A stretch of DNA of 64,000 bases from a virus: positions 1-64,000 of IMG/VR virus record IMGVR_UViG_3300045988_169928. One strand, written 5' to 3'. Both the position numbers and the translations under genes were made by a program. Positions 1-7,038 of the stretch are shown here, in pieces. Positions within the stretch are counted from its first letter, which is position 1; each line of letters starts with the position of its first letter. The notes under the pieces were generated by a model. That model saw nothing but the letters and a program-made list of their open reading frames with translations, did no database searches and was not told the origin of the DNA.

Positions 1-198
1 TCAACTATTTTTTAGCTGATCAAGCATAGCAAGCGGAAACATAGCAGGATCAATATAAATGACCTATGATAGTCCTACGTGATCACCACAAGCCCGTACA
101 CGCCGTTTAACACGATCAATGGTAAATACCCCATGTACGATATAAAACGGCTTAAACGGGCTTACAATAGCAAACAGAAATATTTGCAATAGGTGTTA

Positions 199-243
199 TT
201 ATAAAAGCAAACAAATAGACCGCCTGTTTTTAGGCGGTCTATT
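199..243 (-). terminator. Rho-independent terminator after CDS 253..648
   Basis: Perfect 12-bp inverted repeat aatagaccgcct/aggcggtctatt with loop gttttt. On the minus strand it is followed by a U-rich run (ttgtttgcttttat). Confidence 0.7.
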
Positions 244-252
244 CTAATTCTG

Positions 253-648
253 TTAGTTAGCTTTCATCATGCTTTCTAGCCCTTTAACCCGTTGGTCGTT
301 AGCATTAAGGGCGTTGACGATCCAATAGATTGATTCATCTTCATCAACCAAGTCTAGAACACTATCGCTTGACTTGTATCCTGAATAGAAAATACTTTCT
401 CGAACGTATTTCTTATTAATGTTTAATTCTTTTGACCACTGTGCCATTTTAATTAGTTCGGCTAGGTCCTCGTCTTTTTCATAATCTAGCCAATCATCAG
501 TTGTAAAGATTGTTTCACTAGTGTAGTCATTAGATAAATCCATCAACAATTCTGACAAAGTGGTCAAGGATTGATCCTTTAGCTTGCTATAGATTGCTTG
601 TGCCTTTTCATCATTAGTCATTTCATTGTATTGCTTTGTAGTTTTCAT
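253..648 (-). CDS. hypothetical early protein (131 aa)
   Basis: Intact ORF with an RBS AAGGAG upstream. Type-A promoter at 670-715 and terminator at 199-243. Confidence 0.6.
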   Translation of the reverse strand: MKTTKQYNEMTNDEKAQAIYSKLKDQSLTTLSELLMDLSNDYTSETIFTTDDWLDYEKDEDLAELIKMAQWSKELNINKKYVRESIFYSGYKSSDSVLDLVDEDESIYWIVNALNANDQRVKGLESMMKAN

Positions 649-669
649 AATTGAAATCTCCTTTATTTG

Positions 670-715
670 ATTGTCTTTAGTATATCCTACTTGCCTTACT
701 TTGTCAATACTTTTT
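670..715 (-). promoter_or_regulatory. sigma70-like early promoter, type A (TTGACA-17-TATACT followed by AAAGACAATCAA box)
   Basis: Minus-strand -35 TTGACA (plus 702-707), 17-nt spacer, -10 TATACT (plus 679-684). Conserved gattgtctt box downstream of the -10. Confidence 0.6.
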
Positions 716-719
716 GAAT

Positions 720-884
720 TTAGTTAGACCAAAGTTCACGAACCGCCATAAATAAACCAGGCAACATTAATAACACCCCAACGATCAACCCCGGCCAATT
801 GGTTGAGTAAGCATCAAGGCTAAGATTAACAAAGATTGCCCCCGCAATGGTTAGAATAAGACCGTCAATAATATTAAATTTCAT
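720..884 (-). CDS. small hydrophobic membrane protein (54 aa, below the ORF-track length cutoff)
   Basis: Hand translation gives MKFNIIDGLILTIAGAIFVNLSLDAYSTNWPGLIVGVLLMLPGLFMAVRELWSN. Its ATG overlaps the stop of the upstream gene as ATGA, which suggests translational coupling. Confidence 0.4.
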   Translation of the reverse strand: MKFNIIDGLILTIAGAIFVNLSLDAYSTNWPGLIVGVLLMLPGLFMAVRELWSN

Positions 885-1219
885 CTTTCTACCCCCTGAT
901 ACTTGCTTACATATTTTAACCAGGCTTCGCCAAGGAATTTACGGGCCTTGGTTTTCTTAGCTTTACCATTCTTAAATAGGTTGCCCGGTTCATTCATGAA
1001 GTCTAAGACTTGCTTGCGATACCATATCTTAGTCGGCAACGGGTACCACGGGTTATTCTCGTGTTTAGCCCCTAGTAAGAATGCTAGTGCTAAATAAAGG
1101 TCGTCCATAGTTTCCTCTAGTTGGTTGCTAGGCTTATAAGTCGTGTGGCCGTGAATGTCCTTGTAATTTAGATACCCTGCCATAGCCCATTGTAGTTCGG
1201 TGAATTTAATCTCTTTCAT
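881..1219 (-). CDS. hypothetical early protein (112 aa)
   Basis: Intact ORF. Type-B promoter at 1240-1280. Confidence 0.6.
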   Translation of the reverse strand: MKEIKFTELQWAMAGYLNYKDIHGHTTYKPSNQLEETMDDLYLALAFLLGAKHENNPWYPLPTKIWYRKQVLDFMNEPGNLFKNGKAKKTKARKFLGEAWLKYVSKYQGVER

Positions 1220-1239
1220 GTTAATGCTCCCTTTCTATG

Positions 1240-1280
1240 GTTCTATAATACCACAACTAGCGATAAAGTCAATAGTTTTT
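1240..1280 (-). promoter_or_regulatory. sigma70-like early promoter, type B (TTGACT-16-TGnTATTAT)
   Basis: Minus -35 TTGACT (plus 1268-1273), 16-nt spacer, extended -10 TGgTATTAT (plus 1246-1251). Confidence 0.55.
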
Positions 1281-1412
1281 ATCGATTTTATTTAAATAAA
1301 AACTACTTTATTCTCCTTACTTAATAGACACTTTCCATAGTACATTGCGAAAACCATACCTTTTTATTTAGCCAATATACAATTGCCCCCTATTATGTTC
1401 AATAACCCCCTT

Positions 1413-1709
1413 TTAGCAAATGCTGTTAACCATATCTTCAATAATTTCGTTCTCCCCCATGTCCTCTTCAATGTCCCAATCCTCTAACCATGTTGAGTTC
1501 GTTTCAAACTCAAAAAGCATATTCTTGCGGCGGTTTTCTTGCCATACCTTACCATCAGGGGCCGTTGCCTTAACCCGTACCGTGTAGTTGTGACCCTCCA
1601 TATCATTAAACCCATCATAGATGATTTTAGTTACCTTAACAGTACCACCTAATTCAACTAGTTTGTTCATCAGTTCAAAGCCTTTTGCATGACCGCCTAC
1701 ATATTTCAT
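1413..1709 (-). CDS. hypothetical early protein (about 98 aa; start moved to MKYVGG)
   Basis: The ORF-track start at 1784 lies inside the promoter -10/-35. The internal ATG at 1709 has an RBS AAAGGGG 8 nt upstream. Confidence 0.55.
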   Translation of the reverse strand: MKYVGGHAKGFELMNKLVELGGTVKVTKIIYDGFNDMEGHNYTVRVKATAPDGKVWQENRRKNMLFEFETNSTWLEDWDIEEDMGENEIIEDMVNSIC

Positions 1710-1744
1710 TTTGTATACCCCTTTTCTTTTCTTTCCTTTTTTGA

Positions 1745-1890
1745 TTGTCTTTATTGTATTCCATCTTGTGATGATTGTCAACACTTTTTTTAAATTCTTT
1801 TATCTGATTTGCTTTCTTCCTTTTCTCGTTTTTTGATTGTCTTAATCATACAACTAGCGGGAAGCATTGTCAACACCTTTTTTAAATTTC
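1745..1890 (-). promoter_or_regulatory. tandem pair of type-A early promoters (TTGACA-17-TACAAT and TTGACA-17-TATGAT), each followed by an AAGACAATCAA box
   Basis: Plus-strand tgtcaa at 1776-1781 and 1868-1873; -10 boxes at 1753-1758 and 1845-1850; gattgtctt box repeated. Confidence 0.55.
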
Positions 1891-2085
1891 TTGGGATCGC
1901 CCTTGTAAAAGTTTTTATAAAAAATAGGTTGGTATGCTTGACAAGTCGAAGCGAAGGGGGTAAGGTTGATCGTTCATTTAGGGGTTAGGTTTAGCGATTT
2001 AGGTTGTGTCTTTCATCTTTCATTTAGTTCAGTTTAACTGTTAGGTTGTATGTTTATTACTAAGTGGTTAGATGGTTTAACTAGA

Positions 2086-2115
2086 TGATAATAAAAAGGC
2101 CACCTAAATGGTGGT
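2086..2115 (-). terminator. Rho-independent terminator after CDS 2121..2456
   Basis: Hairpin ggccacc...ggtggtc. On the minus strand it is followed by tttttattatc. Confidence 0.55.
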
Positions 2116-2120
2116 CTAAT

Positions 2121-2456
2121 CTAAAATTCAGCAACTACTCGACCATCCTGCACCACCGTAAAAATCTCTTTGGACGGGTAGTAATGTAATTCTGGTGCTT
2201 GGCCAGTTAATTCAGTTAAGAAGTTCTTAATGGAATCAACGTCTGAACGGCTTTCCCCCCACTCAACCTTGCCCACGCCGTTGGTAACGGTAGCCGTAAG
2301 CGTTCCATAGTGATATAATGACCACTTAGTACCGTCTTTAACCACTAGGTACTTTTCAATATGTTGCTTTTCACCCCGCCAACCCCGGTAAGAATAAGCG
2401 GTAGCATATCCTTTGCGACTTGCCCGTTCAATTAAAGTTAAAATCGTCTTGTTCAT
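2121..2456 (-). CDS. hypothetical early protein (111 aa)
   Basis: ORF plus type-B promoter at 2490-2540 (TTGACT-16-TGgTATGAT). Confidence 0.6.
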   Translation of the reverse strand: MNKTILTLIERASRKGYATAYSYRGWRGEKQHIEKYLVVKDGTKWSLYHYGTLTATVTNGVGKVEWGESRSDVDSIKNFLTELTGQAPELHYYPSKEIFTVVQDGRVVAEF

Positions 2457-2489
2457 GTTTGTTTCCCCTTTTCTTTTCTTTTCTTGTCT

Positions 2490-2540
2490 ACTCTTATATC
2501 ATACCATACTTATATTTAAAGTCAACACTTTTATTAGAAT
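2490..2540 (-). promoter_or_regulatory. type-B early promoter
   Basis: Minus -35 TTGACT (plus 2520-2525), extended -10 TGgTATGAT (plus 2498-2503). Confidence 0.6.
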
Positions 2541-2545
2541 TTATT

Positions 2546-2968
2546 CTACTTGAGTTGATCGTTAATGTATGTCTTAACCCTTTCTAATTGTTGATCAGTT
2601 AAATCATCGTCCCAGTCTAGGCCTAATTCATCGTGTAAGTCCTTGAGAACCATTTCCATGTTAATGTAGGCCACCATACTAGCCAAATCTTCGGGATCGC
2701 TGACGTTAGTATTAAACGTTCCCGATTGATCAGTTTCATAATCTTGGACGTATTCAATCGCCCCAAAGACCCCGGTTAAATTAGTGTTAGTGTAAAGCAT
2801 ATCGTCATTATCAAACTTGGCGAGTGCTTCGGCGGCCCGATAGGTACCAATGATCCAAGGATCAGCGTTAGTCGTGTACGTTTGAATATCTTCTAACGTC
2901 CGGCTACCACCGTCTAGTTCTGCTTCAATTGCTTTTAACATTGCGTTCTGATCAAAAAACTTACTCAC
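2546..2968 (-). CDS. acidic early protein, paralog of 4021..4458
   Basis: The two proteins align over their full length (shared NAML.AI, PW..G.Y.AA.AL.KFD, VSDPE..A..VAYINME.VL.D, KTYI.Q). Type-B promoter at 3005-3050. Confidence 0.65.
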   Translation of the reverse strand: MSKFFDQNAMLKAIEAELDGGSRTLEDIQTYTTNADPWIIGTYRAAEALAKFDNDDMLYTNTNLTGVFGAIEYVQDYETDQSGTFNTNVSDPEDLASMVAYINMEMVLKDLHDELGLDWDDDLTDQQLERVKTYINDQLK

Positions 2969-3004
2969 TTTAAAAACTCCCTTTATTTTCTTTAATTCCT
3001 TTTA

Positions 3005-3050
3005 CAATTATATAATAACACCGTTTAGGATAAAGTCAATACTTTTATTT
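3005..3050 (-). promoter_or_regulatory. type-B early promoter
   Basis: Minus TTGACT (plus 3034-3039)-16-TATTAT (plus 3012-3017). Confidence 0.55.
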
Positions 3051-3068
3051 AATTTCCTTGATAAATTA

Positions 3069-3338
3069 TTATAAGGCGTATGCCGTTCCCTCGTCATCTA
3101 CATATAGGATCGTGACGTCATCGTTCCCTTCTAGTCCCTTTTCATCATCAATCAGTAAATCATTTACATAAAGGTTGTCAAACAGTTCTGAAAGGCTCCC
3201 AAATTCTAAGTCAGAACCGGAAAAGAAATCATCTAGGGCGTCCCAAACTTCGGTAGGCAATCCTTCTAAGTCGTCCTGGTAAAAACCTTCGTAATCTTCA
3301 AACGCTTCGCTTAGGCTGTTGTAACTAACTTTGATCAT
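3069..3338 (-). CDS. extremely acidic small early protein (89 aa, about 25 Asp/Glu against 2 Lys)
   Basis: Composition read directly from the translation. Type-B promoter at 3370-3420. Confidence 0.6.
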   Translation of the reverse strand: MIKVSYNSLSEAFEDYEGFYQDDLEGLPTEVWDALDDFFSGSDLEFGSLSELFDNLYVNDLLIDDEKGLEGNDDVTILYVDDEGTAYAL

Positions 3339-3369
3339 GATTATTTCTCCTTTATTCCTTGTTCCTTAC

Positions 3370-3420
3370 TACACTTATATAATACCATAACTAGGTTAAA
3401 AGTCAACACTTTTATTAGAT
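3370..3420 (-). promoter_or_regulatory. type-B early promoter (near-identical copy at 3750-3805)
   Basis: Minus TTGACT (plus 3401-3406)-16-TGgTATTATATAAGTGTAG. Confidence 0.6.
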
Positions 3421-3425
3421 TTATT

Positions 3426-3725
3426 TTATTCTAATTCTTGCCACGTTAAGTCGTCATTGTAATGGTCAACCATCATACTAATGTAACTAGCAATCTCTTT
3501 GTCTTCGCCCCCGTTTCCCCAGTAGTGGTCAAAACGTACCTGCGACCATTTTAAGTCGTCTAGGTAGTAATCAATGGTGTATTCATAAACTACCTCCGAT
3601 AGTCCAGTTTGGGCAAGAAGAATTGTTTTTGTTTCATCACCCCGTTGTAAAGTGAGAATCGCTTCACCAATAGCGGTTTCTTTTAAAGAAACTAGCTTAG
3701 TAGTTGTCTTAGAATTATCTTTCAT
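3426..3725 (-). CDS. hypothetical early protein (99 aa)
   Basis: ORF plus a type-B promoter copy at 3750-3805. Confidence 0.6.
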   Translation of the reverse strand: MKDNSKTTTKLVSLKETAIGEAILTLQRGDETKTILLAQTGLSEVVYEYTIDYYLDDLKWSQVRFDHYWGNGGEDKEIASYISMMVDHYNDDLTWQELE

Positions 3726-3749
3726 AATAGCTTTTCCTTTCCTTATTCC

Positions 3750-3805
3750 TTCTACACTTATATAATACCATAACTAGGTTAAAAGTCAACACTTTTATTT
3801 AATTT
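3750..3805 (-). promoter_or_regulatory. type-B early promoter (duplicate of the 3370-3420 block)
   Basis: Plus-strand block cttatataataccataactaggttaaaagtcaacacttttatt is shared with 3375-3420. Confidence 0.6.
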
Positions 3806-3808
3806 ATT

Positions 3809-3994
3809 CTACCATTCTACCCCCTCAATTACATTGCCTTCATCATCTAACCGGCTTACATAGAACAACGGGCAACCATGATCAGCGCATAGTTCGTATA
3901 CGTCATAATAGTTAGGCTTAATGGTAGATTGTAATTCAGTTTCAAAATCAATGTCCACGCCGTCCTTGCTTGCGGTGATTAGGTAGTTTTCCAT
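3809..3994 (-). CDS. small hypothetical protein (61 aa)
   Basis: ORF packed between promoter-driven genes. Probably co-transcribed with 4021..4458. Confidence 0.4.
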   Translation of the reverse strand: MENYLITASKDGVDIDFETELQSTIKPNYYDVYELCADHGCPLFYVSRLDDEGNVIEGVEW

Positions 3995-4020
3995 GTTTAT
4001 TTCCCCCTATTTAAAATAGC

Positions 4021-4458
4021 TTACTTTGCTTGCTGATCAATGTATGTCTTAATCTTTTCTACCTGCTTATCAGTCAATTCTTCGTCCCAACAAATGTCTA
4101 AGTCATTAGAAATATCAGTCAACACCTTTTCCATGTTAATGTAGGCCACGATAGTAGCAATTTCTTCCGGGTCGCTTACATTAGTTACAATTGAACCAAA
4201 TTCATCTAGTTCATATGCCCGAACGTAACCAATAGCACCAAAGATACCATTTTGACTGATACTATCCACCGGGTTCAGGGCAACCAAGTTATCTTCATCA
4301 TCAAACTTTCCCAAAGCCTTGGCCGCTTGATACCGCCCAAGCACCCAAGGAATAGTGTTCGTGGTGTTATCTTGAATACTTTCCAAAGAACGATCACCTT
4401 CATTTAAAGATTCCTTGATTGCTGATAACATTGCATTGCAGTTAAACTGTTCACTCAT
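4021..4458 (-). CDS. acidic early protein, paralog of 2546..2968 (start moved to MSEQF)
   Basis: The ORF-track N-terminal extension reads through promoter B at 4497-4524. ATG at 4458 has an RBS AGGAAC. Confidence 0.6.
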   Translation of the reverse strand: MSEQFNCNAMLSAIKESLNEGDRSLESIQDNTTNTIPWVLGRYQAAKALGKFDDEDNLVALNPVDSISQNGIFGAIGYVRAYELDEFGSIVTNVSDPEEIATIVAYINMEKVLTDISNDLDICWDEELTDKQVEKIKTYIDQQAK

Positions 4459-4489
4459 TTTTAAGTTCCTTTCTTGTTTATCCTTATTA

Positions 4490-4535
4490 CAACTATATAA
4501 TACCATAACTAGATTTAAAGTCAATAGTTTTTATG
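4490..4535 (-). promoter_or_regulatory. type-B early promoter
   Basis: Minus TTGACT (plus 4519-4524)-16-TGgTATTAT (plus 4497-4502). Confidence 0.55.
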
Positions 4536-4598
4536 GTTTTATTTTAAATTAATTTCTTGCAACCTTGCAAGTACGATCAATTGAAAAATCATAATCAT

Positions 4599-5081
4599 TT
4601 ACCACCCTTCAAGTTCGGTCACGTCATTCTTCCAAAGGGTTCCAACTTGCGTATAAACGTCATATTCATTATTACAGTAGCCAATAGAACCAGTGGCGAG
4701 GTCAATTGCCCCGGTTATTTCATAACTACCAAAGGCGTCAAATCCTAACAGGTAGTCCTCCCGGCACTTATCATAAATAAGATAGTTACAAATATCCATA
4801 ATCATGAAATCACGGTAGTGAGTGTATAAATGATCGTCCTCAATCTGCAAGCAATCAATTTCTTCATCATCGGGGGACGGTTCAATATAACCGTTGTCTA
4901 ATAACTGTTGTACAAGTTCGGCCTTTTCCTTGTCGTCAACGTCCAAAGGGTAGACACTATCGAACAACGCCCCTAATTCTTTCTTGCTTTCAAACTTGCC
5001 TTCATCAACGAAATCAAGGCCCAAGTCCCAACTACGCTTTAATAGTGTGTCAATAGCACCATTGTTAGTTTGCTTGTTCAT
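4599..5081 (-). CDS. acidic hypothetical early protein (160 aa)
   Basis: ORF plus type-B promoter at 5115-5155. Confidence 0.6.
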   Translation of the reverse strand: MNKQTNNGAIDTLLKRSWDLGLDFVDEGKFESKKELGALFDSVYPLDVDDKEKAELVQQLLDNGYIEPSPDDEEIDCLQIEDDHLYTHYRDFMIMDICNYLIYDKCREDYLLGFDAFGSYEITGAIDLATGSIGYCNNEYDVYTQVGTLWKNDVTELEGW

Positions 5082-5114
5082 GTTTATTTCTTCCTTTCTT
5101 TAATTCCTTGCTAC

Positions 5115-5155
5115 AACTATATAATATCATAACTAGGTTAAAAGTCAATACTTTT
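5115..5155 (-). promoter_or_regulatory. type-B early promoter
   Basis: Minus TTGACT (plus 5143-5148)-16-TATTAT (plus 5121-5126). Confidence 0.55.
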
Positions 5156-5158
5156 TTT

Positions 5159-5641
5159 CTAAAAATCTGATTTAACCTTATCTTTTTTCGGGTGTAATAA
5201 CTCAAGCAATGCTTCATCTAGGGTCTTATCATCTTTGAGAATAAACAAACTCAAAAAGCTAGACAAGTTCCGAACCGTTTCACTGGTACAATTGTAGTTA
5301 ATCGTTAGGATCAACCGCCACCCCTCAAGGATTTTAGCCGTGCTTCCTCGTTCAATGATCACGATTCTATGCTTCGGGTCTAGTTCCTTATTTAATAGAT
5401 ACATTGTATAATCACCCGCTTGATTGTTAATGGTGTAATACTCGCCAAAATTAGCCTCAAAAGGCCCCGAAGCCAAGCACTCACTCACCGTGTAGCCTTG
5501 AAAGTCATCTTGAAAAGATAACAAGAAAATTGCTGATACCTTGACTGGTACCCCTTCACCGGCTCCCCGGTCTAATACCGCTAACCGTTCCAAGGCTTTG
5601 CGCCGTGCTTCATACTCCTTTTTCTCTTGCTTGTATGTCAA
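5159..5641 (-). CDS. hypothetical early protein (160 aa)
   Basis: ORF, probably co-transcribed with 5661..6308. Confidence 0.55.
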   Translation of the reverse strand: MTYKQEKKEYEARRKALERLAVLDRGAGEGVPVKVSAIFLLSFQDDFQGYTVSECLASGPFEANFGEYYTINNQAGDYTMYLLNKELDPKHRIVIIERGSTAKILEGWRLILTINYNCTSETVRNLSSFLSLFILKDDKTLDEALLELLHPKKDKVKSDF

Positions 5642-5660
5642 TCTTATATCCCCCTAAATT

Positions 5661-6308
5661 CTAGTCTGCAACCGTGTAGCTAGTTTGAATAATTTCCTTG
5701 GCTTCATGCCAATCTTCTAGTTTACCCTCAAGAAAACCTAAATCAAAAAGTCCTTCAATGTTTGCGTCTTTTGATTGAATACTCCCGGAACAATCCAATT
5801 CTTCGTCTTTCTCCCCCCTATCATTGAGTTGATAAAAGGTCACTAAGAAAACGTCCCCGTTAGCATAGTTAGTGTAATCTTCTAGTGTGTTATTAATGTT
5901 AGCTACAATGTCCTTTTCACTGATAAACCCTAGGTTTTTCTTTGCTTGTTCCATGTCAATCAAAACAAAACCATTAACACCACAATCCCAACCTTGATCA
6001 CTACCAAGGTAGTATTGCACCAGTGAGTGTTCATACTTTTCAACGGGGTAAATTAACTTGCCTTGTTCCTTGGCAATCTTTTTTAACCCCTCAAACAAAT
6101 CGCTTGCGTTCGTGTACTTGTCGTGTTCTTCTTGGTAGGCGTCCTCGTCACCGTCAAACAAGTTGTTCACTAGGTCATTCTCAACGTCATTAGCTTCGAT
6201 AAAGTATTTAATTTCATCACCTTGCCAATCAAGCGGGTTTTCGGGAAATTGATCATAATCTAATTCTGCAAGTTGGTTCAGCTTTTGGTTAATAAATAAT
6301 TCAGTCAT
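5661..6308 (-). CDS. acidic hypothetical early protein (215 aa)
   Basis: ORF plus type-A promoter at 6340-6385. Confidence 0.6.
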   Translation of the reverse strand: MTELFINQKLNQLAELDYDQFPENPLDWQGDEIKYFIEANDVENDLVNNLFDGDEDAYQEEHDKYTNASDLFEGLKKIAKEQGKLIYPVEKYEHSLVQYYLGSDQGWDCGVNGFVLIDMEQAKKNLGFISEKDIVANINNTLEDYTNYANGDVFLVTFYQLNDRGEKDEELDCSGSIQSKDANIEGLFDLGFLEGKLEDWHEAKEIIQTSYTVAD

Positions 6309-6339
6309 TTTAATTACCTCTTTCTTTTGTTTTCCTTGA

Positions 6340-6480
6340 TTGTCTTTATTGTAACCTACTTGCTTTAACTTGTCAACACTTTTTTGAATTTTATTTTTAA
6401 AAAATTAACTCCTTTTTCTTTCTTGCCTTTGCTACATTCTTATCATAACACGTCTAAGTTAAAAGTCAACACCTTTCTGT
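6340..6480 (-). promoter_or_regulatory. tandem early promoters (type A, TTGACA-17-TACAAT with AAAGACAATCAA box, then TTGACT-16-TATGAT)
   Basis: Plus tgtcaa 6371-6376 with attgta 6348-6353; plus agtcaa 6464-6469 with atcata 6442-6447. Confidence 0.55.
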
Positions 6481-6497
6481 TATTTTATCTAAAAAAA

Positions 6498-6683
6498 TTA
6501 CCTCCTACGATCATATAAGGACCCTAGCACAAACGCTCCAAGGAATGACCAGAAACCATACGGTGTAAAACACCATGCAACAATTGGCGGGGTCACTAGG
6601 ATAATCACCACCCAACACCACGGCTTTTGATACCATTGCTTTTCGGGCTTTCTCACTGATTTTGTTACGTCCTTTAGTCGCAT
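6498..6683 (-). CDS. small membrane protein (61 aa)
   Basis: One hydrophobic helix (WCWVVIILVTPPIVAWCF). A weak promoter sits upstream with a 20-nt spacer. Confidence 0.4.
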   Translation of the reverse strand: MRLKDVTKSVRKPEKQWYQKPWCWVVIILVTPPIVAWCFTPYGFWSFLGAFVLGSLYDRRR

Positions 6684-6818
6684 ATCTATAACCCCCTTCG
6701 TTTCTACGCTATTATAGTACCACCTAGCCTATCCCCTGTCAACACCTTTTTGGGATTTATTTTTGATCACCCCCTATATATAAGAAGAAAAAATTAAGCA
6801 ATTAATTTGATTTATCTA

Positions 6819-6847
6819 TTGACAAACGTGATGAAAGGTGGTAGGAT
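6819..6847 (+). promoter_or_regulatory. rightward sigma70-like promoter (TTGACA-17-TGgTAGGAT), the only clear plus-strand promoter in the early/middle region
   Basis: ttgaca 6819-6824, 17-nt spacer, taggat 6842-6847 with an upstream TG. Confidence 0.45.
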
Positions 6848-6927
6848 AGTAACCTTATAGGCAAGGACGATCATGACTGGGAGCGGGAGCGGGGCCACAA
6901 CGAACGTCTGTTTTTACTCCGATTTAC

Positions 6928-7031
6928 TTGGTACTCAAAAGTTATTCTTTGTATGGAAATCCCCGGTACTCAAAACTTATTCTTTATACAAAAAATACCG
7001 GGAAAAACCCGGTACTCAAAACTTATATTTT
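6928..7031. repeat. three 23-bp direct repeats (c/t)(c/t)GGTACTCAAAA(G/C)TTAT(T/A)(C/T)TTT
   Basis: Copies at 6928-6950, 6963-6985 and 7009-7031. A degenerate fourth copy lies at 7231-7257 inside CDS 7039..7812. Confidence 0.7.
6986..7016 (-). terminator. Rho-independent terminator at the end of the middle operon
   Basis: Palindrome taccggg-aaaaa-cccggta. On the minus strand it is followed by attttttg. Confidence 0.6.
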
Positions 7032-7038
7032 ATTTGTT

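Noticed and set aside
4459-4524. N-terminal extensions proposed by the ORF track (also at 1784, 14681, 15926 and 59746)
   Set aside because: The extensions read through conserved promoter -10/-35 boxes or overlap the upstream gene. Internal ATGs with proper RBSs are better starts. The similarity of the extension peptides to one another only reflects the conserved promoter DNA.
4555-4572. Perfect palindrome cttgcaa-cc-ttgcaag downstream of CDS 4599..5081
   Set aside because: It has no U-run on either strand and a 2-nt loop, so it is not a convincing intrinsic terminator. It may be a protein-binding site, but the evidence is too thin to call.
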